Assembly: GCF_036321535.1 (NCBI RefSeq)
Contig: NC_087437.1
Coordinates: forward strand, 2,790,001-2,854,000
Reading direction: 5' to 3'
Source: Camelus dromedarius
Taxonomy: Eukaryota
Length of the DNA: 64,000 nucleotides
Shown piece by piece: positions 63,550 to 64,000 of the stretch. The translations under genes were made by a program, and so were the position numbers. The notes under the pieces are model-generated. The model was not told the DNA's origin. It was given only the letters and a program-made list of their open reading frames with translations, and did no database searches. Numbering within the stretch: position 1 is the first letter of the stretch; every line of letters begins with the position of its first letter.

Positions 63550-64000
63550 ACAGTCTCCTGAGGCTTCTCATCTTCCTCTCATTGGCTGTCCCTTTGCAAG
63601 CTCCTTCCTCCCTCTGATCATTCTTCTCTTTGGTGGAGAGAACCCTTTGCAGAAAGAAGACAAGCAGGCAGGACTCTCAGTGTGGTCCAACAAGTTAAGC
63701 TGGTGGGACATTCTGCTCCCTTAGGGTAACTTTTTCCATCACTCAAGCAAAAGCATCACCTGAGGCATAGATTACATTTAAAGGATTCTCTAGGCAATGA
63801 GTTTCATTTCCCTGGTTCCCTGCCTCCTTTGTTGCAGAAAGATCGGCCCTGTCCCCGAGGAGCCAAATAACCCAGAGACCGGGTCTTGGAGCTTAGAAGA
63901 AAAGAGGCAGCTTTATTACTTTGCTGGGCAAAGGGGACTCACAGCAGGGTGGGACCTTCAAAACTGTGCACCACCTTGGAGATGGGGTGGAGTGATTGTA

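Noticed and set aside
1..64000. Remaining ORFs in the six-frame track; CRISPR or prokaryotic systems
   Set aside because: The ORFs are short, often non-ATG, and overlap repeats or are antisense shadows; there is no repeat-spacer array and the DNA is clearly mammalian.

Overview
Mammalian genomic DNA, most likely camelid (alpaca/camel/llama), judged from six Vic-1-type tRNA-derived SINEs and lineage-type L1 3' ends. There is no intact conventional protein-coding gene. The left ~41 kb is a mosaic of dead gene pieces from unrelated loci: four spliced ABCA13 exons (+, 4.7-14.9 kb), three spliced LANCL2 exons (+, 19.8-22.5 kb), an intronless, strongly diverged GC-rich cTAGE5/MIA2-like sequence (-, 25.6-27.2 kb) next to an ERV1 pol remnant with a MER41-like 3' LTR, and an orphon IGHV1-family pseudogene with an intact 23-bp RSS (-, 38.1-38.7 kb). 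The right ~23 kb is repeat-rich and holds an RPS7 retrocopy whose ORF is still open (48.8-49.4 kb) and two tRNA-Cys(GCA) genes (57.3 and 59.8 kb). The most notable signals are the multi-donor duplicon architecture, two diverged retrocopies without nonsense codons, and a MER41-like solo LTR retaining a GAS motif. Gene and repeat names come from comparison with sequences recalled from memory, not from database searches; repeat boundaries are approximate.
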